A DNA stretch of 56,682 nucleotides from NCBI GenBank assembly GCA_048227095.1, contig DBFAHJ010000085.1, positions 1 to 56,682 of the forward strand. The letters are read 5' to 3'. Shown piece by piece: positions 10,082 to 19,531 of the stretch (the stretch's first letter is position 1; the number at the start of each line of letters is the position of its first letter). A program made the translations under genes and the position numbers. The stretch comes from Collinsella aerofaciens. GTDB lineage: Bacteria > Actinomycetota > Coriobacteriia > Coriobacteriales > Coriobacteriaceae. A model generated the notes under the pieces. That model searched no databases. It was not told the origin of the DNA and saw nothing but the letters and a program-made list of their open reading frames with translations.

Positions 10082-10998
10082 GACAAAACACCCCAGATAA
10101 GATCGGCGCCTTGCAGCCCAGCAGCCCAAGCAGAAGCGGCCATGGCACGCTTGCCATCGGGCTTAACCTCGAGCAACTCAACCGGGCCATCGGAAAGACC
10201 AAGGTAGACGCGCTTGGCTTGAACGGCAACAGCGCCTTCGCCAAGCGACACATCAGCCGGCTCAGCATCGAGCACGCGAACCGACTTGCCGGCAATCACA
10301 CAACGAGCGGGAGCGGTGTCGGACGAGGCAAGCACATGACGCACACAATCAAGTGCCGCCATCTGAGGGTCAAGACGCATCTCCTGCTTAGAAATCTTGG
10401 CAGCATGGGTAACAAGCGACTCATCCTGTTCAATCCACACGGCGGTGCCATCGGCAAGCGAAGGAAGCGTATCGGCAAGCAGTTTGCCGCCAAGCTCACC
10501 AAGCTCCATGGTCAGCGCCTCAACATGCTTACCGGCAACCGAGGTCGAGGCCTGCGCACAATAAGCGCCGGTATCCACGCCATGCCCAATACGCATAATG
10601 GAAACGCCGGCAACCTCATCACCAGCGAGAATCGCACGCTGAATGGGAGCAGCCCCACGCCAACGAGGCAGCAAGGACGCATGAACATTCACAATACCAA
10701 GCGGCGCCATATGCAGCACGTCATCCGGCAAAATGCAACCATAGGCAGCCACGCAGAAAATGTCAGCCTGGGCAGCCTTAAACGCCTCAACGACCTCAGG
10801 CGTCATACGATTAGCCTCAACAACCGGCAACCCCAGCTCAAGCGCTTTAGCCTTAACAGGAGACGGCTCCAGCTTCTTACCACGCCCGCGAACAGCATCA
10901 GGACGAGTAACAACAAGCGCAATCTCGTTACCAGCCTCAACAAGCGAAACCAGCGAAGGCACAGCAAAATCAGGCGTACCCATAAACACAATACGCAT
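10078..10998 (-). CDS. fmt: Methionyl-tRNA formyltransferase
   Basis: MRIVFMGTPDFA, NVHASLLPRWRGAAPIQRAI. Confidence 0.97.
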   Translation of the reverse strand: MRIVFMGTPDFAVPSLVSLVEAGNEIALVVTRPDAVRGRGKKLEPSPVKAKALELGLPVVEANRMTPEVVEAFKAAQADIFCVAAYGCILPDDVLHMAPLGIVNVHASLLPRWRGAAPIQRAILAGDEVAGVSIMRIGHGVDTGAYCAQASTSVAGKHVEALTMELGELGGKLLADTLPSLADGTAVWIEQDESLVTHAAKISKQEMRLDPQMAALDCVRHVLASSDTAPARCVIAGKSVRVLDAEPADVSLGEGAVAVQAKRVYLGLSDGPVELLEVKPDGKRAMAASAWAAGLQGADLIWGVLS

Positions 10999-11214
10999 AA
11001 AGAACGTCTCCCCTCAACCAAAGCCGAGACGGCTACAAATAGCGGCGGAAAGCCAAGTCACCAGCCCATCCGCAATAACATTTCAACAAAAACAAATATA
11101 CCCAAAACCAAAGAAAGAGCCGCATAAAAGCAGCCCTCCCAACAAAGCACCTATCAGCGAAGACGCCCCTCCCTGGCCCGACGGCACCCGGGCGAAACGA
11201 AGAGCGACAACGTA

Positions 11215-11316
11215 GTCCCTAGGATGGGGCCCACACATATCATCCCGCGCGCAGTTTCGCAGCGCAGCGAGAATGTTTGAGCACGGGATGATATGTGTGG
11301 GCCCCATCCCAGGGAC
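11215..11316. repeat. Long inverted repeat (36-bp arms, 2 mismatches, 30-nt spacer) between def and fmt
   Basis: gtccctaggatggggcccacacatatcatcccgcgc versus gcacgggatgatatgtgtgggccccatcccagggac. Confidence 0.9.
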
Positions 11317-11327
11317 GGACAATTAAC

Positions 11328-11870
11328 CTATTCGGTCTCGCCCGGTCGAGCGCCGCGGGCCAGGGCGTCCTGGTACTCCTTGACTGCCTTGAGCCTCTGC
11401 ATGGGCTTCAGTCGCTCGAACATGGTATTGCCGTGCAGGTGATCGATCTCGTGCTGCAAGCACACGCAGAACAGATCACCCGTGGCCTCATAGCGAATAA
11501 GGTTGGCATCCAAGTCATACGCCTCGACGACGACATGGTCGGGACGCTCAATCTCGCAGCTAATGCCAGGGATGGAAAGGCAGCCCTCGCTAAAGGGCAC
11601 CAGATGGTCACTCTGCTCAACAATGACGGGATTAATAAGCACGTACGGATCATAGTCATTCTTGTCGCTGTAGTCGCAGTCGATGGTGACGAGCTGAATA
11701 AGCTCGCCAATCTGCGGGGCAGCCAGGCCGCAGCCGCCGTTCTCGAACATCATCTTCTTCATCTTCTCGGCAAGCGCCTCGATCGCCGGGGTGATCTCCT
11801 CGATGACGGCGCACTCCTGGCGCAGACGAGGGTCGGGCGACAGTACGATTCCGTTGGCTTCCATGGCCAT
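11328..11870 (-). CDS. def: Peptide deformylase
   Basis: GCGLAAPQIG, EGCLSIP and QHEIDHLHG; start may be 11864. Confidence 0.97.
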   Translation of the reverse strand: MAMEANGIVLSPDPRLRQECAVIEEITPAIEALAEKMKKMMFENGGCGLAAPQIGELIQLVTIDCDYSDKNDYDPYVLINPVIVEQSDHLVPFSEGCLSIPGISCEIERPDHVVVEAYDLDANLIRYEATGDLFCVCLQHEIDHLHGNTMFERLKPMQRLKAVKEYQDALARGARPGETE

Positions 11871-11882
11871 CCTTTCGGGTTG

Positions 11883-14336
11883 TTACATCAAATCATAGGC
11901 GTCGACGTCAACGCTCACGCTCACGCCACGCACGGAGCCCACCTCTTTGAGGCAGGCGTCGATATCGTCAGAGACATGGTACCCCACGGGCGACTTCACA
12001 AGCAGATGGAAGCGGTAACGGTCCTTGGCTCTCTCGATTACACACGAAGCCGGGCCAAGCACCTGCGGTACGGCACTCCCCGCCCGCAAAAAGTCGGGCG
12101 CGGCGGCATGCCAGCGGCGCTTAAGAAGCTTTGCAATGCGCCCGATGTAGTCTTGCGCGTCGTCTCGGTTCGCCGACCACACCAAGATGTTGACCAGGCG
12201 AACAAACGGCGGGTATAGCGCGTCGCGGCGCTGTTCCAGGTCGTAGTCGGTAAAGATCGAACGGTCATGCTCAGCGACGGCGCGAATGACCGGATCCTCG
12301 GGCAGGTAGGTCTGGATGATCACCTCGCCGGGGCGATCGCCGCGACCGGCACGGCCCGCCACCTGTTCCAGCAGGTCGTAGGCGCGCTCCCCTGCGCGAA
12401 AGTCGGGCAGCTTGAGGGCGAAGTCGGCATTGACCACGCCCACGAGCGTGACCTCAGGAAAGTCGAGACCCTTTGCGATCATTTGGGTGCCCAGCAACAC
12501 GGCGCAATCGGCCGCATCGAACTGCTCGAGCAGCTTTTTGTGCGCATCCTTGCCGCGCGTGGAATCGGCATCCATGCGAATAATGGCGACGTCCTCGGGA
12601 AGCATCTGGTGCAGTGCGTCCTCGATCTGCTGAGTGCCCAGACCCATTTTTGCCAGATAGCGGCTACCGCATTTGGGACAGTGGCTCGTGGGCGCGGGAT
12701 ACGGCTGCACGCGCCAAGACGAACCGCATGTGTGACACTGCAGCGTGTGCGTGCGTTCGTGGTACGTGAGCGCGGTGGAACAGTGGTTGCAGGTGGGCAC
12801 GCAGCCGCACTCGCGGCACATCAGGAACGGCGCAAAGCCACGGCGGTTATGCAGCAGTACGGCCTTCTCGCGTCGCTCGACCACACGCTCCAAGCCCTCC
12901 ATCAAGGGCTTTGAGAACATGGAGCGGCTGCCGTGAGAAAACTCATGGCGCAGGTCGGCAATCCGAACCGTAGGCAGCACGGCGTGTCCCGGGCGCTCGG
13001 GCATCTCGACGCGCGTCCAGGTGCCACCGTTATACGTGCCACGGCGGCAGCGGTCGAGGGCCTCGGCAGAAGGCGTGGCGGAACCCAATACGAGCGGACA
13101 GCGGTAGCGTCGCGCTATCTCGGCCGCCACCTCGCGCGCATGGTAGCGCGGGCTAGAACCCTGCTTGTAACTGGTCTCGTGTTCCTCGTCGATGATGATG
13201 AGGCCCAGGTCGCTGAGCGGGCAAAAGAGCGCCGAGCGGGCACCCACGACCACACGCGCGGCACCGCTGGCAACCATGTCCCACTGGTCCAGGCGCTCGC
13301 CGGCCGAAAGGCGCGAATGGAACACGGCGACCGTCTCGCCAAAGCGCGAGCGGAAGCGGCCGACGGTTTGGGCCGTCAGCGAGATCTCGGGAACCAACAC
13401 GCAGGCCGAACGGCCGGCCGCGAGCACGCGCTCAATCGCCGAAAGGTAAACCTCGGTTTTGCCGGAGCCGGTGACGCCGTCGACAAGGACCACGTCTCCG
13501 TGGGCGTCAAGACGGGCGCGCTCAATCTGCGCGAGCGCCTTCTGTTGGCCCTTGGTGAGCGCGACCGGCGCCTTGCCGCTTGCCGAGGACAGCGTGGTCT
13601 GCTCGCTGCAGCCACGCCACGCACGGCGCTCCTCCACCACCACGACACCGCGCTTTTCGAGCGCCTTGATGGTCGCCGACATGCTGTTATAGAGCAGGTT
13701 GAGGTCGCGCGTCGTGACCGGCCCGCACTGGAGCGCCTCGATGAGCTGACGCTGACGGACCGCGGTCTTGGGCGGCGTATAGTCGAAACCCTCGGGCGTA
13801 AGCATGACCCAGCGGTTTTGAATAGGTATGACGGCGGGACGCTCAACCGACCATGCACCGTCATCGCCCTTGACCACGCGCGGGCTTCCGCCCGGGGGCA
13901 AGAACAGGCGCAGGCACTCGGAAAGCGTCGCGACGTACTCGCGGCTCATCCAGCGCGCGATGCGGGCGGCCTCGGCGGTAAAGAGCGGTTTGCTGAGGAT
14001 AGCCTCGATGGCTTTAATGCGCACGGGGTCGAGGGCGTTGTTACCCTGCAGATCGCCCAGCTCAGGCGCAATGTCGACGATATAGCCCGCGGCCGAACGG
14101 TTACCAAAGTGGACCAGGACCGTGGATCCGATCTGCACCTCATTGGCAAGGGGTTGAGGAATGCCATAGGCAAACGGCTCGGACAGCGCACGCGTCGGGA
14201 TGTCGAGGACCACGCTCGCATAGGCAGCGATGGGCTCAGGTGCAGGCTCGGGCTTGGCTGGGGCAGCAGCGGATGCCGATGCCACCGTAGTCTCCTCCGG
14301 TTCCGGCGAACCAAACAGCGAAAGTTGCTCGGCCAT
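11883..14336 (-). CDS. priA: Primosomal protein N' (replication restart helicase)
   Basis: GVTGSGKTEVY, DEEHETSYKQ, Cys-rich zinc motifs, GTQMIAKGLDFP, QVAGRAGR. Confidence 0.97.
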   Translation of the reverse strand: MAEQLSLFGSPEPEETTVASASAAAPAKPEPAPEPIAAYASVVLDIPTRALSEPFAYGIPQPLANEVQIGSTVLVHFGNRSAAGYIVDIAPELGDLQGNNALDPVRIKAIEAILSKPLFTAEAARIARWMSREYVATLSECLRLFLPPGGSPRVVKGDDGAWSVERPAVIPIQNRWVMLTPEGFDYTPPKTAVRQRQLIEALQCGPVTTRDLNLLYNSMSATIKALEKRGVVVVEERRAWRGCSEQTTLSSASGKAPVALTKGQQKALAQIERARLDAHGDVVLVDGVTGSGKTEVYLSAIERVLAAGRSACVLVPEISLTAQTVGRFRSRFGETVAVFHSRLSAGERLDQWDMVASGAARVVVGARSALFCPLSDLGLIIIDEEHETSYKQGSSPRYHAREVAAEIARRYRCPLVLGSATPSAEALDRCRRGTYNGGTWTRVEMPERPGHAVLPTVRIADLRHEFSHGSRSMFSKPLMEGLERVVERREKAVLLHNRRGFAPFLMCRECGCVPTCNHCSTALTYHERTHTLQCHTCGSSWRVQPYPAPTSHCPKCGSRYLAKMGLGTQQIEDALHQMLPEDVAIIRMDADSTRGKDAHKKLLEQFDAADCAVLLGTQMIAKGLDFPEVTLVGVVNADFALKLPDFRAGERAYDLLEQVAGRAGRGDRPGEVIIQTYLPEDPVIRAVAEHDRSIFTDYDLEQRRDALYPPFVRLVNILVWSANRDDAQDYIGRIAKLLKRRWHAAAPDFLRAGSAVPQVLGPASCVIERAKDRYRFHLLVKSPVGYHVSDDIDACLKEVGSVRGVSVSVDVDAYDLM

Positions 14337-14367
14337 GACCCCAGCACCTCCTATCCCATACGTCTAC

Positions 14368-14401
14368 AGAAACAAGAGCCCCGCTCGGGTGAACGGGGCT
14401 C
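14368..14401 (-). terminator. Probable terminator between gltX and priA
   Basis: gagccccg / cggggctc stem followed on the minus strand by ttgtttct. Confidence 0.55.
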
Positions 14402-14424
14402 GGATACAAACGTTTGCGCAGCGA

Positions 14425-15900
14425 TTACAGTGCCATCGTGCGGGCGCGGTCGATGCGCGCCAGGCAGTCGTCGCGACCGACGAGCGCCATGGTCTCGCCC
14501 AGCGGGGGGCTCACCATGTTGCCGCAGACGGCGACGCGCACGGCCTGGAACACCACGCGCTTCTTAAGGTCCATCTGCTCGGGAAGCGGCTCAAGCGCGG
14601 CGTCGATGTTGGCAGCCGTCCACTCGTCCACGCCCTCGAGCGCGGCCTTGGCGGCGTCCAGAATGGCACCCATGCCCTCCTTGGCCAGGCCCTTGTTGAC
14701 GGATTTCTCGTCATACTCGAGCGTCTCGGCCGTAGCGAAGATGGGAGCGGCGACGGTCACGGCGTCGGCCGGCATCTTGGTGCGCGGCTTGACGATGGCG
14801 GCAAGCGCGTCGATCCAGTCCTCGCCGTACTCGACATTACCCTCGATGAGACCCGCCTCGTGCAGCTCGGGGACCATGATCTCGTCGGCAAACTGAGCAT
14901 CGGACATGCCGTTGATGTACTCGGCGTTGACCCAGTCGAGCTTCTTGGGGTCAAAGGTCGCAGGATTCTTGGAGATGCGGTCAAGCGAGAACTTGCTGGC
15001 CAGGACATCGCGCGGGATGATCGTGGTCTCGCCGTCGAGCGACCAGCCGAGCAGCGCCAAGTAGTTGACGAAGGCGTCGGACAGGTAGCCGGCGTCGCGG
15101 TACTCCTCCACCGAGGTGGCGCCGTGGCGCTTGGAGAGCTTCTTGCCGTCGGCACCCAAGATCATGGAGATGTGGGCGAACGTAGGCACGGGCGCGCCGA
15201 GGGCCTCGTAGACCATGACCTGACGCGGGGTGTTGGACAGGTGGTCGTCGCCGCGGATGACATGGGTAATCTTCATCATGGCGTCGTCGACGACGGTCGC
15301 GAAGTTGTACGTGGGCGTGCCATCGGAGCGGAAGATGACAAAGTCGTCGAGCTCCTTGGCGTCGAAGGTCACCTCGCCGTGGACAGCGTCGTGGATGACG
15401 ACGTCGCCGCGGTCCTCGGGCACCTTGATACGCAGGACGTAGGACTCGCCGGCCTCGATGCGGCGGCGGGCCTCCTCGGGATCAAGATCGCGGCAACGGC
15501 GCTGATAGCCCTGGAAGGGGTCCTTGCGCTCCTGCGCGGCCTTGCGGTCGGCGTCGAGCTGCTCCTTGGTGCAGAAGCAGGGATAGGCCTTGCCCTCGTC
15601 CCAAAGCTTCTGGGCGGCCTGCTTGTACAGGTCCAGGCGCTCGGTCTGGGCGTAGGGGCCAAAGTCGCCGCCCACCTCGGGACCCTCGTCCCAGTCCAGG
15701 CCCAGCCAACGCATGGCGCGCAGGATGATCTGCGTGTTCTCGTCGGTGGAGCGGGTGGGGTCGGTGTCGTCGATGCGCAGGATGAACGTGCCGCCGTTTG
15801 CGCGGGCGAAAGCCCAGTTATAGATAGCGGTGCGGGCGCCGCCGATGTGCAGCTTGCCCGTCGGTGAGGGTGCAAAGCGGACGCGAACGTCTGATGCCAT
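14425..15900 (-). CDS. gltX: Glutamate--tRNA ligase
   Basis: RVRFAPSPTGKLHIGG, LRIDDTD, THVIRGDDH, KLSKRHG; start at MASDV after a gagga RBS. Confidence 0.97.
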   Translation of the reverse strand: MASDVRVRFAPSPTGKLHIGGARTAIYNWAFARANGGTFILRIDDTDPTRSTDENTQIILRAMRWLGLDWDEGPEVGGDFGPYAQTERLDLYKQAAQKLWDEGKAYPCFCTKEQLDADRKAAQERKDPFQGYQRRCRDLDPEEARRRIEAGESYVLRIKVPEDRGDVVIHDAVHGEVTFDAKELDDFVIFRSDGTPTYNFATVVDDAMMKITHVIRGDDHLSNTPRQVMVYEALGAPVPTFAHISMILGADGKKLSKRHGATSVEEYRDAGYLSDAFVNYLALLGWSLDGETTIIPRDVLASKFSLDRISKNPATFDPKKLDWVNAEYINGMSDAQFADEIMVPELHEAGLIEGNVEYGEDWIDALAAIVKPRTKMPADAVTVAAPIFATAETLEYDEKSVNKGLAKEGMGAILDAAKAALEGVDEWTAANIDAALEPLPEQMDLKKRVVFQAVRVAVCGNMVSPPLGETMALVGRDDCLARIDRARTMAL

Positions 15901-15980
15901 GGAAATCTCCTCGATTGCAGGATGGATGTCTAACCGCATCAGTATAAAGCATCAAAGCAACCTCCGCACAAAGGGCACCG

Positions 15981-16078
15981 ACCTACTCATTGGGGACAGA
16001 CTTAAATGACCAGCCTTACCTAAGTGCCGACAGGTTGCCCAAAGACTGGTCATTTAAGTCTGTCCCCAATGAGTAGGT
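15981..16078. repeat. Perfect 33-bp inverted repeat with 32-nt spacer between divergent gltX and metK
   Basis: acctactcattggggacagacttaaatgaccag / ctggtcatttaagtctgtccccaatgagtaggt. Confidence 0.92.
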
Positions 16079-16183
16079 GCGGAAAGGGTGTGAATGTTTG
16101 ATTTACGCGCTATGATGTGCCCTTGCATAGAGAGCCCGGCGGAATGGTAACGGTCGCTGGGACACGTTTTTGAAAGGACAATC

Positions 16184-17464
<1,281 letters not shown>

Positions 17465-17500
17465 GCTAACTCGAAAAGCTACAGCCAAAAACAACGAACC

Positions 17501-17540
17501 AAAAGAAGTACCGGCCCCAACCGGTACTTCTTTTTTATTT
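17501..17540 (+). terminator. Intrinsic terminator after metK (could act bidirectionally)
   Basis: aaaagaagtaccgg-ccccaa-ccggtacttctttt followed by a T-tract. Confidence 0.85.
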
Positions 17541-17630
17541 AAACGGTGGTGAAGATGCTTCGATATGAGCCTACGCTGCGTCACCAGCTAATGAATTTTG
17601 CAGCACACGCGCCTCTACCATGTATCCTTA

Positions 17631-17751
17631 GTTCCGAGGGCTTTGGTATTTGGTCGGTCGCGAGTTCCGCACGAGCCGGAGGCCACTTAATGTGGCCTCC
17701 GTGCGAGCCAGGACTGTAGAGCAGGCGACCAAATACCAAAGTCCTCGGAAC
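17631..17751. repeat. Structured palindromic element, family B copy 1 (26-bp arms around a 69-nt core)
   Basis: Arms gttccgagggctttggtatttggtcg / cgaccaaataccaaagtcctcggaac; the reverse complement of core 17657-17725 matches 55352-55419. Confidence 0.88.
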
Positions 17752-17774
17752 GACGGGATAGAACAGGAGCACCC

Positions 17775-19382
17775 ATGGCAGGTAAGCCGCAAACACTAGC
17801 TACGACCTCGGCATTCGAGATCTTGGGCCCCGTCATGGTCGGCCCCAGCTCATCACACACCGCCGGCGCCCTGCGCTGCGCCCAAGTTGCCGCCAGCCTG
17901 CTGGAAGGCCGCATCACCAAAGTCACCTTTGGCCTGTGGAACTCCTTCGCCCACACCTACCGCGGCCACGGCACCGATCGTGCGCTCGTCGCGGGCATCC
18001 TGGGCCTCGACACCGATGACGAGAACATCAAGCAGGCCTTCGACCTCGCACGCGAGCAGGGCCTCGAATATCATTTTGACATCAAGGGCGACGACGCGTC
18101 CATCCATCCCAACACCGTCGACATCGACATGGTCGATGACACGGGCGCCACGGCACAGGTCCGCGGCGAGAGCCTGGGCGGCGGCAAGATGCGCATCAGC
18201 CGCATTAACGGCGTCGGCGTCGACATCTCGGGCATGTATTCCACGCTCTTCGCGGCACACAAGGACGTCCCCGGTGTACTCGCCGCGCTCACCAACCTGC
18301 TCGCCTACGCCAACGTAAACATCGCCTTCTGCCGCACCTACCGCACCGAGGTGGGCGGTCAGGCCTACTCCGTCTTTGAGACCGACGGCGCGCCCGACGA
18401 CACCGTCGTCCCCATGCTGCGCAAGCTCGACAATGTCGATTACGCAACGTTTATCGAGCTCCCCGGTTCTGCCTCGTCGCTCTCCCCCGGCGTCTCGGCC
18501 AAGGAAATCTTCGACGACGGCGAGCAGCTGCTCGATGCGTGCGAGGAACTGGGGCTCAGCATTGGCGCCGTCATGGCCGTTCGCGAGGCGCGTCTGACCG
18601 GCGAGGCCCACGCCGTCGCTGCTATGCGCCGCGTGCTCGACGTCATGCGCGAGGAGACCACGGCCCCCATCGCCAATCCGCAACGCTCGCTCGGCGGGCT
18701 TATCGGCGGCGAGGCCAAGCTTGTCGAAGCCACCGGCCGCAACGATTTGAGTGCAAGCCTGATGGGCCCCGTTCAGACCGACGCCGTGGCCCGCGCGATG
18801 GCCGTGCTTGAGCGCTCCGCCACGATGGGAGTGATCGTCGCCGCCCCCACGGCAGGCTCCGCGGGTGTCGTGCCCGGCTGCGTGTTGGCGCTCGCCGATC
18901 GCCTGCAGCTCGACGACGAGCAAGTCATGGACGCGCTCTACTGCGCAGCCGCCATCGGCCTCAACCTCACCACAAGCGCCTGCGTTGCCGGCGCCGAGGG
19001 CGGCTGCCAAGCCGAGGTGGGAAGCGCCGCTGCCATGGCAGCCGCCGCGCTGGTGCAGATGCTCGGCGGCACGCCCGAGCAGGCGCTCGACGCCAGTTCC
19101 ATCGCGCTGAGTAACCTGCTGGGCCTCGTTTGTGACCCCGTCGGTGGCCTCGTGGAGGTGCCCTGCCAAAACCGCAACGCCATTGGCGTGGCAGCGGCCT
19201 TTAGCTCGGCACAACTCGCCCTCGCAGGCATTAAGAGCTTGGTGCCGTTTGACCAGATGGCACATGTCATGCTTTCGGTGGGCCACGCGTTGCCGGCCAC
19301 GCTGCGCGAGACGGCAAAGGGCGGCATCGCGCAGGCTCCGGCCGCACTTTCGGCCTGTGCAAAATGCGGTGTGTGCGGATAG
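17775..19382 (+). CDS. Fe-S L-serine dehydratase, fused beta(+ACT)-alpha polypeptide
   Basis: GPVMVGPSSSHTAG and SFAHTYRGHGTD (beta); ACT-like HKDVPGVLA; AAPTAGSAGVVP, GGCQAEVG, LVCDPVGGLVEVPC and LRETAKGG (alpha). Confidence 0.92.
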   Translation: MAGKPQTLATTSAFEILGPVMVGPSSSHTAGALRCAQVAASLLEGRITKVTFGLWNSFAHTYRGHGTDRALVAGILGLDTDDENIKQAFDLAREQGLEYHFDIKGDDASIHPNTVDIDMVDDTGATAQVRGESLGGGKMRISRINGVGVDISGMYSTLFAAHKDVPGVLAALTNLLAYANVNIAFCRTYRTEVGGQAYSVFETDGAPDDTVVPMLRKLDNVDYATFIELPGSASSLSPGVSAKEIFDDGEQLLDACEELGLSIGAVMAVREARLTGEAHAVAAMRRVLDVMREETTAPIANPQRSLGGLIGGEAKLVEATGRNDLSASLMGPVQTDAVARAMAVLERSATMGVIVAAPTAGSAGVVPGCVLALADRLQLDDEQVMDALYCAAAIGLNLTTSACVAGAEGGCQAEVGSAAAMAAAALVQMLGGTPEQALDASSIALSNLLGLVCDPVGGLVEVPCQNRNAIGVAAAFSSAQLALAGIKSLVPFDQMAHVMLSVGHALPATLRETAKGGIAQAPAALSACAKCGVCG

Positions 19383-19400
19383 CGGCAAAGAACGACTCAA

Positions 19401-19428
19401 AGGTGGGACAAATGTCCCACCTCTTTTG
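19401..19428 (+). terminator. Probable terminator after serine dehydratase
   Basis: aggtgggaca-aa-tgtcccacct followed by cttttg. Confidence 0.6.
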
Positions 19429-19531
19429 AATGCCACCGTTTCCGTACCACAAACAGCAGGGCAATCGCTATAATGCAAGCCCAGTAAAAACACGATGAAC
19501 CGCAAGGCGAAAATCGAAGGATATGCATACG

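Noticed and set aside
16117..16183. Possible SAM riboswitch in the metK leader (hairpin cccggcg/cgctggg at 16135-16161; partial complementarity to the RBS)
   Set aside because: I cannot match a SAM-I/III/IV/VI consensus with confidence, and the RBS-complementary bases overlap the likely -10 box (TATGAT 16111-16116). A cmscan would settle it.
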